Shown here piece after piece: positions 20,201 through 29,992 of a stretch of 64,000 nucleotides of DNA. Numbering within the stretch: position 1 is the first letter of the stretch; each line of letters begins with the position of its first letter. The DNA is taken from IMG/VR virus record IMGVR_UViG_3300017914_003245, positions 13,471 through 77,470 of that record. One strand, written 5' to 3'. Made by a program: the position numbers and the translations under genes. The notes under the pieces were generated by a model. It was not told where the DNA came from. It did no database searches and saw nothing but the letters and a program-made list of their open reading frames with translations. This DNA comes from a virus (lineage: Duplodnaviria; Caudoviricetes).

Positions 20201-23200
20201 GATACACCTTCCCACACCTGTATATCGGTTCCAGATCCATCATATTCGCTTCCAGTCGCAGGGGTTTCAGCCTTACCAGCTCTTACATATTCATACCTCT
20301 CCTCAAAATGAAAATTATGATTTTCATTAGATAATATAGATGTAATAGAATCTGAACCTTCTTCTAAAACAAAAATTGATATTTCATCTGAAATAGAAGG
20401 GCTTGTAGGATTGTTATACATATCCTTGCCTTCTTCTGTAGTAGCTGTAATGGTAGATAAAGCGTGAGTAATAGACTTTGGAGTCGCCCCAGTATTAACA
20501 AAATCACTAAACTTAACTTTAACTTTTTGATGACCCCCATAACTATTTTGAGTCAATACATTACCATTTTGATCATATAAAGGAACTGAAGAAGAGTTCC
20601 ATTTAATTCTTTGATTATTTCCTTGAGTGTCTGCAGTAATTTCTATTTCTGCGAGATCTGAAGTGAAATCCTTTTTAATTTTAAATACCTGAGACGAAGA
20701 GCTTAAGCGAATAGATTCACTGCCTTTTCCATCAACCAATCGAGTTATAACACACTCCTTCTGAATGTCAGAATGAACACTCCTAGCATACAAAAGTATA
20801 GTATCTTGATAAACTTCTGGATTGGTTTGAACAAGAGAATGGTAGCTAGCCCTACTATTAGTTACATAAACAGGTAATAATACCGAGGTAGAAAAAACTC
20901 CAGGTCCCTGATCAAAAGCCGCTACGTAATCATTTGCCCATCTAAAGCCGTAGTCATCCTGATAAGCAGATAACTCTGTTACCTTTAACCATCCGTCGTT
21001 AGTTACATTTGGATCGGGATCGTTGGCTACAACAAATATATTTTCCTCTGTTCCGTCATGCAACAATCTTACAGCTTTAACCTCTATATCTTCAGCTCCT
21101 TTTATTGAAGAATTTCTAAAAGTTATATGTAGCCTTGCAACTTCATCAGATATTCCATTGCTATCTACAGCGTCAAATCCATCTATGGGTTGAAACCCTT
21201 CATCGTTTTCTATATAGGAAAAATATCTAGGTGAAGGGTTAATTTCGACAAAATCATAATCTTTATTATTTTTTTGCTTCATCCTCCCTCTAAGCAATAA
21301 TTCTCCTTCCTCAAAAGATAAACTATTCAATCCTTGCTGAAACGCAAACGAACCATCTCCACTTAAAACAAAACCTTCCGTGTTTGGGTCTAATAAATCT
21401 TTTCCCTCTTGAAACACTAAATCCGTAAAATTAGTACTCCCTATAGATCCAGGCTTATTCAAAGGAGTTTTAATTCCATCACCCTGATTAAACACTTCAA
21501 TTCTGTGACCCTTTATCTGACCAGCAGTTATTTTATCTGCACTTAAATCATTTATATGAGCAGTCTTAATCGCTGCTTCTGCAATATTTGCTGTACCTAT
21601 TAATGCATTAGCAAAAGCTTGGTGAACTGGAGTTGCAACTCCATTTGTGTTTCTAGCAATAACAAAGTCTCCATCGTCAAAATCTGTAACAGTTAAAGAT
21701 ATAGAATTCTCAGGAACATTGGGGTTTTGACTATCAGATATATGTTCATTGCTTTGCAATGGATTGTTAGAGGGATGAGTATCACTAGTTTTGTATTCTA
21801 AGCCCTTAAAGTAGACATTTTTAACCCCTTCCCATGGATCATCATTGTAATTAAACTCTTCTAGTAATCCTTCTGCTTGTCCAGCATAAGCTTGCTCATT
21901 CCCATTTATACGAACCGTATATGATGTTAGATTTAAATTATTAGATGAATCATTTCTATCCCACCATACATATCCATCAGATGTTGATCCTGCATTTACT
22001 ATATAACCTGTACCATCATTATATAAAATATGCTCATCCCAAGATATAGATCCATCACCACCATCTTTAAAAGGATTATTTGGTACAAGAGCTATACTAT
22101 CAGCAAAACCAGAAGTCATGCTTATTTCAAAATCATCAATATCTGTAGCAGTTGCAGTTCCCAATGTCAACTTCAAGCCTTGTATCCCTTCTTCAGAAGA
22201 ACTTGAATCAGTAAAAGAACTTTTATTCCCTGCAAAATCTACAGCTCTAACCCAAAAGTTTTTAGTTTCTCTTGTTGTGCCAGGATAAGAAGTTTCAATT
22301 GATGGAGCGTTCGCAGGCACATTAAATATATTGTCTGCATTAGAAATATTCCTTGCAGGATCTTGTATTTCTCTTGGAATTTCCCCGACACTGTAAGCCA
22401 CTCCATCAACCCTCCTATAACCAGTGTTTTCCGCAGAAAGCCACTGTTGCCCATTAAGTTTTAAATATTCATCGTCACTAATCCAGACTTCATAATGATC
22501 AACATCATTTTCCGTCCACGTTAACAGCTTCCCTGGATCATTTGGATCAAAATCAGATTGTGGTGCTCCCCAATTTAAAAAATAATTCTCAAAAGCGGTT
22601 GTTCCATTAAATCCTTTAGGAGGACCAGGAATAGCGCCTGCAGCAAAAGTAGGATCTGATCTTAATACTTTACCGGGAGGGGCGGTAGTATCAGTAGAGC
22701 TTAAATTTCTAGGATAAACAACAACTTTTTGCAAAGTTTGATTGGGATCACCTTCTCCATAAGGAACATTAAATAATACTCCAGAGCCAAAATCATCAAA
22801 CGGCAGTATTTTATAATAAAAACCTTCTATATTTTGATCTATATCTGGAGGAGTATCAACTATTTGCGTGATATTATCGCCATAAGTTGCATCTCCAGGG
22901 CCCTCAATTCTTTGAACAAAGTACCCACCTTGAGAGGGGGTTCGTGTATCAGGTAAGCCATTTGAGTCCAAGTGGGTAAATGAACTAAAATCTCTAGATA
23001 TAACATCCCCATCTTCATCATAAGTTTCTACTTCATAATCTGGAATTCTGTATAAGTAAACTTTAGTTGTTTTTTCTTGAAAACCTAGAGCATAATTAAA
23101 ATTAAATTTTACTTTCGAAGCTTCAGATGTGCTATCAACTCCTTGACGAAATCCTGCGGATAAAATATTAGGAGGAGGATTATCAACCTCAATCCTCAAT

Positions 23201-24858
23201 GGATCATTAATAACATTTAGTTGATTATCTATTAAAGAGAGTTCAAGACCTATACTTCTTTTACCTCCTTCGCCTCCATACTGAGTTCCGTATAAAGAAT
23301 TATTCAATATTCTAGTATACTCATAACTATTAAATATCGCTGCACTACTTTTCTTATAATTTATAGATAAATTTCCATCTTCATTAACATCAAGTGTTTT
23401 AGAACTAACTTCAGGGCTAATACCTCTTAAAATTTCACCAGAATCCACATCATACAAACTTGCCGAAACGCCAAGTATACTAGGAAAATCTTGGTTATTA
23501 AATGAAAACCTATATTGATTTATATCAGTTTTTTCGCCTAATGCATCAACAAAATCCCAATTAAACAAGAAAGAGTCCCCTTGCTCTGCACCTCTAAAAT
23601 TACCAATCGATACTTTGCACAAAAAAGGCGCCAACACTGTACCAAAGTTAGCTCCTTCGGACACATACTTCTCAGACGAGTAACCAAAATTATCCCTAGG
23701 CTTAATAGCATAATAATAATTATACCCCCACGATTGATTGTTTGAAAAACTATTTCCCTGAACATCTATAACATCAGTAAAAAAAACAGGAACTTCATCA
23801 AAAATTTTATTCCAAAAACTTATATCAGATAAAAACAAACTAGAAGAGGTGTGAGTTTGAGTTGATTGATAAACAGACCCTTCGTACAAAGCAAAGCTTC
23901 CCTGAACATATTCTACCTGATCTTCCCATTCGTCCGAATCATTCAACTCTTGATAATATTCAAGGCTTGAGTCGAAAGACTCTGGATTATATAATTCATA
24001 TTTATCAGAAATAGCGATATATCGTACCTCAGACCCCTTATAATCAAAATCTTCAGAATTCCATGAAAACTCAACAGCGTTTCCGTTTAATGTATGTGCT
24101 AGGTTTGATATATCTACAGGAGGATTTGTCAAATTTAAAATACCAGAAGATCTTCCTCCTTTAGAGTCTACGCAGTCAATATGAACAGAGAGGTTTCTTC
24201 CTATATTTAGTTCTTTGAAAGCTTCGATCGGTATATTTAAATTAAATTCTCTATATTCATTCAATAGAGCCTGAATATTTGCAGACTCAAGAGCTTGTTG
24301 CATAAATAAAGAGTTAGAAAGATCTAAAAGATTGGAATCGCTATAAACTTTAACCTCAAAATGAGAAAAAAACGAATCCTCGAGAATCTCATAAGTTAAA
24401 GAATGCCCCTCCAAAGGGTGTCCCCCTGGAGGTAAAATCTCCCAAAATATATTAACACCCCTGCCACCAAATATTTGACTAGCAACCAAATCATCTCCAA
24501 AATCTTCAGGTGCAGTAGTAACAGTCAAAGATTCCTGAACCCTTGAGTCAATAGATTCTATTCTTAAATTATTTAATGTAAAAGTTCCTTCAAAGCCTGG
24601 AGGAAAAACAGATACAGTGCCAATAAGAGATTCTGATTTTATACCTATATCGCTAACGCAGTATACCCTTATTTCAAATTCTCCGTAATGACCCTTCAAG
24701 TCTACGACAAGACTATGTTTTTCTCCTGGATTATCAACCAACCCAATCCCTGGGCCCAAACTCTGCCTAAATGAATAGTTTTTAGAGGTGCCATATATTT
24801 CATATGACGCATATAAATCTTCTACATTAAACTCTACAAGTAAGCTTGAGTATTTCAT
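17251..24858 (-). CDS. Giant tail fibre / host-specificity protein
   Basis: 2535 aa. FN3/Ig-like segments, IANAAIKTAHI-type J C-terminal repeats, GGxxN beta-helix repeats, CBM-like modules. Confidence 0.75.
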   Translation of the reverse strand: MKYSSLLVEFNVEDLYASYEIYGTSKNYSFRQSLGPGIGLVDNPGEKHSLVVDLKGHYGEFEIRVYCVSDIGIKSESLIGTVSVFPPGFEGTFTLNNLRIESIDSRVQESLTVTTAPEDFGDDLVASQIFGGRGVNIFWEILPPGGHPLEGHSLTYEILEDSFFSHFEVKVYSDSNLLDLSNSLFMQQALESANIQALLNEYREFNLNIPIEAFKELNIGRNLSVHIDCVDSKGGRSSGILNLTNPPVDISNLAHTLNGNAVEFSWNSEDFDYKGSEVRYIAISDKYELYNPESFDSSLEYYQELNDSDEWEDQVEYVQGSFALYEGSVYQSTQTHTSSSLFLSDISFWNKIFDEVPVFFTDVIDVQGNSFSNNQSWGYNYYYAIKPRDNFGYSSEKYVSEGANFGTVLAPFLCKVSIGNFRGAEQGDSFLFNWDFVDALGEKTDINQYRFSFNNQDFPSILGVSASLYDVDSGEILRGISPEVSSKTLDVNEDGNLSINYKKSSAAIFNSYEYTRILNNSLYGTQYGGEGGKRSIGLELSLIDNQLNVINDPLRIEVDNPPPNILSAGFRQGVDSTSEASKVKFNFNYALGFQEKTTKVYLYRIPDYEVETYDEDGDVISRDFSSFTHLDSNGLPDTRTPSQGGYFVQRIEGPGDATYGDNITQIVDTPPDIDQNIEGFYYKILPFDDFGSGVLFNVPYGEGDPNQTLQKVVVYPRNLSSTDTTAPPGKVLRSDPTFAAGAIPGPPKGFNGTTAFENYFLNWGAPQSDFDPNDPGKLLTWTENDVDHYEVWISDDEYLKLNGQQWLSAENTGYRRVDGVAYSVGEIPREIQDPARNISNADNIFNVPANAPSIETSYPGTTRETKNFWVRAVDFAGNKSSFTDSSSSEEGIQGLKLTLGTATATDIDDFEISMTSGFADSIALVPNNPFKDGGDGSISWDEHILYNDGTGYIVNAGSTSDGYVWWDRNDSSNNLNLTSYTVRINGNEQAYAGQAEGLLEEFNYNDDPWEGVKNVYFKGLEYKTSDTHPSNNPLQSNEHISDSQNPNVPENSISLTVTDFDDGDFVIARNTNGVATPVHQAFANALIGTANIAEAAIKTAHINDLSADKITAGQIKGHRIEVFNQGDGIKTPLNKPGSIGSTNFTDLVFQEGKDLLDPNTEGFVLSGDGSFAFQQGLNSLSFEEGELLLRGRMKQKNNKDYDFVEINPSPRYFSYIENDEGFQPIDGFDAVDSNGISDEVARLHITFRNSSIKGAEDIEVKAVRLLHDGTEENIFVVANDPDPNVTNDGWLKVTELSAYQDDYGFRWANDYVAAFDQGPGVFSTSVLLPVYVTNSRASYHSLVQTNPEVYQDTILLYARSVHSDIQKECVITRLVDGKGSESIRLSSSSQVFKIKKDFTSDLAEIEITADTQGNNQRIKWNSSSVPLYDQNGNVLTQNSYGGHQKVKVKFSDFVNTGATPKSITHALSTITATTEEGKDMYNNPTSPSISDEISIFVLEEGSDSITSILSNENHNFHFEERYEYVRAGKAETPATGSEYDGSGTDIQVWEGVSPLTFTTGSLSAGKFKVAASASKLGSINEISPGAISSVSGASAVARVADHSSVYDGSSTIYIDYTITGRTFSDKEFTIVKRQTFSVTRDGDTAKSLSIFADSYIFSKRRNIDQAASLTPTYIKISAEKKNISENVIWSHTNNSNLALFRSSTSDSSASSTHTGNDVWIKRDDFWALSVNEVKITATSSKSGMNNSSDNFTVSDSLTISKVEEGSNAIQPVLTNASHSLAEKNASGDFDYTGSGTELIVYDGSLRLKPVTGTLAAGQFKVDSVTVIEGTITYNGVKSTNNSNANTYSIVYNDFSAMPASVFEAKVRYSISYKKYGGETGSTSIDQTISKSIAGTSIDLIYRRSTSTSVSAPTFGNNIAPPWYTDPNNSNLQGNNKGFLWASRGEKVAGSTTFSWQTPFKVEANAVAEVTLYRKSSTALTSAHKPSSSYKYNFSSKAPVFPTNPVWGLSVPSGLKNGEFIYASTAIFTSYENHTAATATWTDPWQYAKRKDGVATSYRGDWEDNGNNVDYSGTDFRGDVVKYDGSYYICVASHTRTSSNPETPDTSSKWEPFGAEFSSVATGLLLAEESYITSMLTIGEGSVGGVLRSPDFQGGLYDSDEKLPRETDDYDPAGYLLATDFDNGATVVYFDVGGINPAASSSIESEKLSYIRYSSAKGKVEIKGTFINNSIIDVGFGYAGSGSLSSYIGNITSGGQTVDGLGSFVGGGYNNILVPASGSESINNIGSLISGGAQNQMDSHFSSIGGGYGNICKDNFSVIAGGFENSMPAEESGNIQGANAILSGVENEINGGTSQVIISGVKNKIEQTVLLSQNGASGGVKIDYLHSSMAVGFWQDAGGATISSSLPNWVENSWFPGRGINNMTNAFFVQSFCLIDEWIFSQEYGWSYVYWNKDSTYGRATYLPNAETKRGLWLNMSSWGSKSGWWYINQETFFEHAPSYALMYYNSDSSYYFVRRTSSNQTQVYKSGVGPWITVY

Positions 24859-24859
24859 T

Positions 24860-27800
24860 TTAGTTTAAATTCTGTAATACTAAATTAGTTGGAGCAGAAG
24901 GTTTAGTCATGTCCGCTTGAGGCGGTATTGGTAAATGAGGCTTCCTAACAGCTCCCTTTCTGTCTACCGCAGTAAATTTAGAAGAATTATATTCTAACCC
25001 CGCAATTTCAAATTCATTATCGGCAACTTCTTTTGCGCTTAAAACTCTAAATGACTGACGCTCATAAAAGCGTTGTGATAAAGTTGAGGGAGGAGGTGTC
25101 CAAGCAACCAACCCTGTCGACGTTAGACTTAAATCGACATTGTTTTCCGCAACAACATCGCTATCGATTAACTCAAATGTATTAGTAGAAATATAAACAG
25201 TTCTCCACCTACCATTTAGACCTGTTTGATCATCAAAACCTCTAATTTCGAGCGAAGGATTAGCAATAAGATCTATTCCGTGGCCTTGAAACAAAGAAAT
25301 TCTAATTGATTTTTTCAACTGAGGAGAGTTCTCCAATTCAACATCATATATCCGATCGATATAAGATACAGTCTCTTTTGTATTCTCAAAAGTAAGGCCC
25401 TGAATCGAAGGGGCACTAATAAAACTTTCATCGGTTTCTATTGTTTTGTAAAAATTATAATCCGTAAAGATTATCCAATAACCATCAGTTCCATAGTTTA
25501 TTACCGTGGCCTCTTTTCCGCTATCAAGAAAATCAATTATGTCAAACTTTTTAAAGTCATGACTAGAGTCGTAGACGAAAAACTTATTTCTTTCAAAATA
25601 TATCCATTGAGACTTATCTACAATATACCACCAAAAACCATTATCGGCGTTTGCTTTTTTAAAATATATCCACCCCAAAACATCTGCATAAAAATAACCT
25701 TTATCTTCATCAGGACTTTCAAGCATATCTTGAACATAAATCCATCCGTTATAAGAAATAGAATTAATCCAACCATTAAATTTTGCTAAATTTAACCAAA
25801 TCGAACCAAACTTTAGACTCTCAATCCAGCCATGATTACTTCTATTCAAATCTATTCCCAAAGCAAGTGAGAGCTCATCTTTACCCCCATTATAACCTGT
25901 GTTTTGATCAAAAGTGCCTTTAATCGAGTAAGGAGCGCCTATAACCACTCTTTTTAATGCATTTTTAGTTGCGGTGTCAGTAGTTCCCGGAGGCGAATAC
26001 TTATAAACAAAATGTTCTCCGCCAGAGTTTCCCCAATAATCTTTTCCCACATCAAATATACGAATAGGCGTAGCCAAATCATCTTCAAGAGGATTAACTT
26101 TTGACACTTGAAAAGAGTGAGTGGTGGCATGTATCACATAAAATTTCTCGTCCTTACTCAACCCACCGGGCAACACTCCACCAGAATAAAACTTTACCGC
26201 ATCACCAGTTTTTAAATTATGATTGTATAATTCTAAATTATTTTCTTTAAAATTAAGTCCGAACAGTCTTATTAATTTTAAATTACTGATCAAGGTATTT
26301 TGTCCTTGTCGAGACTCCCCATTGTCCCCTTGTCCATAACTTATGATTCCTAAAAATTTATTAAATTGCTGGCTAAATATAGAGTCGACCACAGCATCTT
26401 GATCAATATCATTATCTTCGAACTTTGCATTTTGATGCAAATCATCAAAATCGGTATATTCGTTAGGTGACGTAACGGTTAATTCCACTTGCCCTAAATT
26501 AGCTTCGTCCAACATAAATTTATCAATTAACAAACTTGATGAAGAACTTGTTAGTTCGGACCCAGAATCTTGGTCTTCAAGATAACTATAGGTTTTTTTA
26601 TCTAAAATTCTACCACTTTTACTTTTGCCCATCCTATTTTCATCTGCCACCTCAAAAATACATCCTGGATACAAGTAAGACCCCTCCTGTCCAGTTTTAA
26701 AAGTTATAGTTTCTGTCTCTAATTGAGAAGTTAAAAGTATCCACTTGGCAAATCTCCTGGCCTGAGATTCAGATGTTACGCCTTGAGCATAAATTTCTTT
26801 TTCTATATATCCAAATTTTTGGATAGCAATAGGATCTTCTTCATAAATCAAACTCGGCGCAAAATCTCTATTCTTATCATTGTATCTAGCTAAAACAGAA
26901 GTTATCCTTTTGTTTTTATTTATACCTGAATAAGAAAAGCCTTCAGTAGAAACATTACTATTATTAAACATCATCACAGGCTCTTTTAGTGCGTCTTGAA
27001 TAACAAATATCTTTCCTCCAGCATATGCGATCATAGCCCTAAATACAGATGATATATTTTTAATCACCTCTAAAGCTTCTCTTCTTTCTGTTAAATACAG
27101 ATTACAAGAAAACCTAGATTCTACAATTTCATGATTTATTTGATTTGCACAAGCTCCAATAGCTTTAGTTATCATCACTCTTTGATTTTCACTACCTAAA
27201 ACAGTTTCGCTGAAAGTCTCGGCAATTATAAGCTCAGTGTTATTCAGTATAGAAGCAACAGTATATTCGCTATTGTTAATTTTAATTATCGCACCCTCAA
27301 ACAATTGATCTTGAAATAAAGTTCCAGATCCAAATAAGTTGCCCTCTCCTGCCTGAAAAGTCACTGTTCCTTGTAAAACCCTAGAAACTTCATTTTCTAA
27401 AGGAGGGCCTTCAAGCGTAATAGAAAAATTATCTGGATTAGAGCTAATCAAGTTTCTCTGCTCGATGTATACCTTACCATCTCTTTTAGCAGATTCGTAT
27501 TGAGCTTTTGAGTCGGTATAAGATTGAGAATTTGAGTCTATGAAAAACGCCACTTTTCTTCCGGCCATTGATATGCCCTCTCCAAATTCTTTTATAAAAT
27601 TTTCTCTCGCTTGTTCATCGGTCAATGTATTCTCTGAGTGATCGAGATCTTTTAGCAATTTTGTTTCAGAATAGGTTTCGCTTGTATACTCTCTCGAGTC
27701 AATAATCACATTAAAACTGGGAGGGCTCGCATTATTTTGAATTCTATTATTTGTCTGAAAAGCTCTTGGATACAGACTCTTTGTTTCAATAGGATAATCA

Positions 27801-29629
27801 GTTTCAACCAATTCATCACAATACTTTCCAATTTTATATAACTGCCATTTATCTATAGACTCTTCGGTTAAACCATACTTACCAACACCGTATCTTGCAT
27901 TATAAATTAAATCAAATAATATCCATGCTGGATTATCTGACCAGTATTTATCAGAGTCATTTATAGTGTGAACAGATTCACTATCATCCTCTTGTCCTTT
28001 CATCAATCCATCCCAGGGCCCATTATAAATTTTATTTACGGGATCGTAATTCGAAGGGATCAATATTTTCTTCATCTTAACATGATAAGACCTCTCAGGT
28101 ACCCGATTAATATTTTTACTATCTACTTTTACATGAACAGCAGCGGAGTTCGTATATTGAAGATTTTCATGAATACGCTCAACAACATGACTAAATTGTA
28201 TATTCCTCTGTCTAGTAATTCCCCCAACATTTTTATCCTTTACTGTCGGATCAAATTCTGGACTTAATTTTATAATTTTAAACACCCAATTTCCCCCAAC
28301 ATCTTCTAAACTCAAAAAATTATCAAACTTCACTCTTATATCAAATTGATATGCGGTTGTTGCGATACCGTCAATCTCAAAGTATTGATCAAAACCTTCG
28401 CCATGATTTGAAATTCCCGCCCCTCCATCGTAACTTACTTGAGTACATCCAGAATCCGCTTGATAAACATTGTATTCTCTGCCTGCTCGACTAACAAGAA
28501 TTGCAAATCTTAATCTTTTGTCCTCAGCCAGCCGTTGTGCTACTCCATCATTATTAGCATCAGACACTTCTATCGCCATAGAAAAAATCACTTCAGAAAC
28601 AAATTGATTTGATATCGTATGAGATAAAATTTTTGCATCGTTTTCCTTAGCTGATTGTATAGAGCTATAATTTGCAGGAGCGGTGCTTGCATCATAATTA
28701 CCCTTGTTGCTCGCGCCGTATGGGCTTGGCCCGGTCATTAAAAGTTCATATCTTTTTACGTAAGATACTCCATTAGTTAAGTAATTACTTTCCGTTTCAT
28801 TACCCTTTTGAAACTTAGGTTTACCAATGGTATCCATATCTTCGTTTAGTATATAATTTAAAGTGCCTTTCTCGGTTATCGACAAAGGAGTATTTCTAAC
28901 TTGTACATCATTAAGATAAATTCCCTCAGAGATATCGTCGTCGCTCAACAATGCTCCGTATTTATTACAAAATCCTTCTATTGGGCCTTCGCAAAGTAAA
29001 TCAACAAACTCTTTCTCAGAATAAGACTCAAGCAGTGAATCTTTTTTACTTTCTTTTCTTCTGGTAATCTCAGATTCTGCAATGCCTGTTGCGCCAACTT
29101 TCAACCTTCCATAACCAAGGGGAACAGCGATGCCTTGGCTTCTCCTAGTCCTTCCCCCGGACATAACATACGACTTGGTACTTATAGGGTCTTTTCTTTT
29201 TGGAGGTTCTGGCGGTTTTGTGAGAGCCGCCATTGCGTATGACATAGCCACAGCAAAAATAATCTTTGCCACAACAGCCTTAAAAGTAAACCCTGATGCT
29301 CCTGTAGCAAAAACAAGCTTAAAGAAGCCGGTGATCCCCGAGCCCTGCGTTATAGGGATTATATGATAATCTTTATTTTTTTTCTTGAAATCAATAGTAT
29401 CTTCAGAGATAACATTTTTATTAAAATCGCTTTCGCTCTTTATAGAATGAATATCTTTATTCAACATAATGTATTCAACATGACTTTGATTAGAATTAAC
29501 AATATACTGAGAAAAACCTTCTATATTTGCATCTAACGCAAGCACAACTTCCCTAGGTGTAGACGCAGCAATATCCCACTTTTTACCAAAGATCTTGCCT
29601 AGCTTGCCATGTAGATATACAGTTTTCAC
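24860..29629 (-). CDS. Tail tip protein: lambda gpI-like N-terminus fused to gpJ-like central fibre
   Basis: KTVYLHGKLGKIFG (gpI). LLCEGPIEG, WSDNPAWILFDL and ARRFAKWILLT (gpJ). GTG start. Confidence 0.88.
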   Translation of the reverse strand: MKTVYLHGKLGKIFGKKWDIAASTPREVVLALDANIEGFSQYIVNSNQSHVEYIMLNKDIHSIKSESDFNKNVISEDTIDFKKKNKDYHIIPITQGSGITGFFKLVFATGASGFTFKAVVAKIIFAVAMSYAMAALTKPPEPPKRKDPISTKSYVMSGGRTRRSQGIAVPLGYGRLKVGATGIAESEITRRKESKKDSLLESYSEKEFVDLLCEGPIEGFCNKYGALLSDDDISEGIYLNDVQVRNTPLSITEKGTLNYILNEDMDTIGKPKFQKGNETESNYLTNGVSYVKRYELLMTGPSPYGASNKGNYDASTAPANYSSIQSAKENDAKILSHTISNQFVSEVIFSMAIEVSDANNDGVAQRLAEDKRLRFAILVSRAGREYNVYQADSGCTQVSYDGGAGISNHGEGFDQYFEIDGIATTAYQFDIRVKFDNFLSLEDVGGNWVFKIIKLSPEFDPTVKDKNVGGITRQRNIQFSHVVERIHENLQYTNSAAVHVKVDSKNINRVPERSYHVKMKKILIPSNYDPVNKIYNGPWDGLMKGQEDDSESVHTINDSDKYWSDNPAWILFDLIYNARYGVGKYGLTEESIDKWQLYKIGKYCDELVETDYPIETKSLYPRAFQTNNRIQNNASPPSFNVIIDSREYTSETYSETKLLKDLDHSENTLTDEQARENFIKEFGEGISMAGRKVAFFIDSNSQSYTDSKAQYESAKRDGKVYIEQRNLISSNPDNFSITLEGPPLENEVSRVLQGTVTFQAGEGNLFGSGTLFQDQLFEGAIIKINNSEYTVASILNNTELIIAETFSETVLGSENQRVMITKAIGACANQINHEIVESRFSCNLYLTERREALEVIKNISSVFRAMIAYAGGKIFVIQDALKEPVMMFNNSNVSTEGFSYSGINKNKRITSVLARYNDKNRDFAPSLIYEEDPIAIQKFGYIEKEIYAQGVTSESQARRFAKWILLTSQLETETITFKTGQEGSYLYPGCIFEVADENRMGKSKSGRILDKKTYSYLEDQDSGSELTSSSSSLLIDKFMLDEANLGQVELTVTSPNEYTDFDDLHQNAKFEDNDIDQDAVVDSIFSQQFNKFLGIISYGQGDNGESRQGQNTLISNLKLIRLFGLNFKENNLELYNHNLKTGDAVKFYSGGVLPGGLSKDEKFYVIHATTHSFQVSKVNPLEDDLATPIRIFDVGKDYWGNSGGEHFVYKYSPPGTTDTATKNALKRVVIGAPYSIKGTFDQNTGYNGGKDELSLALGIDLNRSNHGWIESLKFGSIWLNLAKFNGWINSISYNGWIYVQDMLESPDEDKGYFYADVLGWIYFKKANADNGFWWYIVDKSQWIYFERNKFFVYDSSHDFKKFDIIDFLDSGKEATVINYGTDGYWIIFTDYNFYKTIETDESFISAPSIQGLTFENTKETVSYIDRIYDVELENSPQLKKSIRISLFQGHGIDLIANPSLEIRGFDDQTGLNGRWRTVYISTNTFELIDSDVVAENNVDLSLTSTGLVAWTPPPSTLSQRFYERQSFRVLSAKEVADNEFEIAGLEYNSSKFTAVDRKGAVRKPHLPIPPQADMTKPSAPTNLVLQNLN

Positions 29630-29650
29630 TTTTCCTTAAACCTATAATAT

Positions 29651-29992
29651 CTATACACCTATATTTTTATACAAGAAAAAGTCATTATATTTAATGCTGT
29701 ATATTAAGTATGGGATAGCCAATTCATTAGATACTTTTTTATCCAATTCGCTTGGATTCGCGCAGCTATCGACGTGAGAGTGAACAATATATTCAGGACA
29801 ATAAGCAATGATAATCTCAGGGTCAATAACAAAATGCTTCTCACGGTTCCAGCTCTTATTTTCAACCGACAAGAACCTGAGTTCGCGCGAGTCTTTGTAT
29901 ATTATACCACAAGACTCCTGATTAGGTTTTTCTAGAAATTTTTCTTTAATTTGGGATAAAATTTTTTTATCCTTAAGAATCGCTTCCAACAT
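29651..29992 (-). CDS. JAB/MPN (JAMM) domain tail assembly protein, gpK-like, no NlpC/P60
   Basis: ESCG and HSHVDSCANPSELD give an exact HxH-x7-S-x2-D JAMM motif. The likely start is MLEAIL at 29992. Confidence 0.85.
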   Translation of the reverse strand: MLEAILKDKKILSQIKEKFLEKPNQESCGIIYKDSRELRFLSVENKSWNREKHFVIDPEIIIAYCPEYIVHSHVDSCANPSELDKKVSNELAIPYLIYSIKYNDFFLYKNIGV

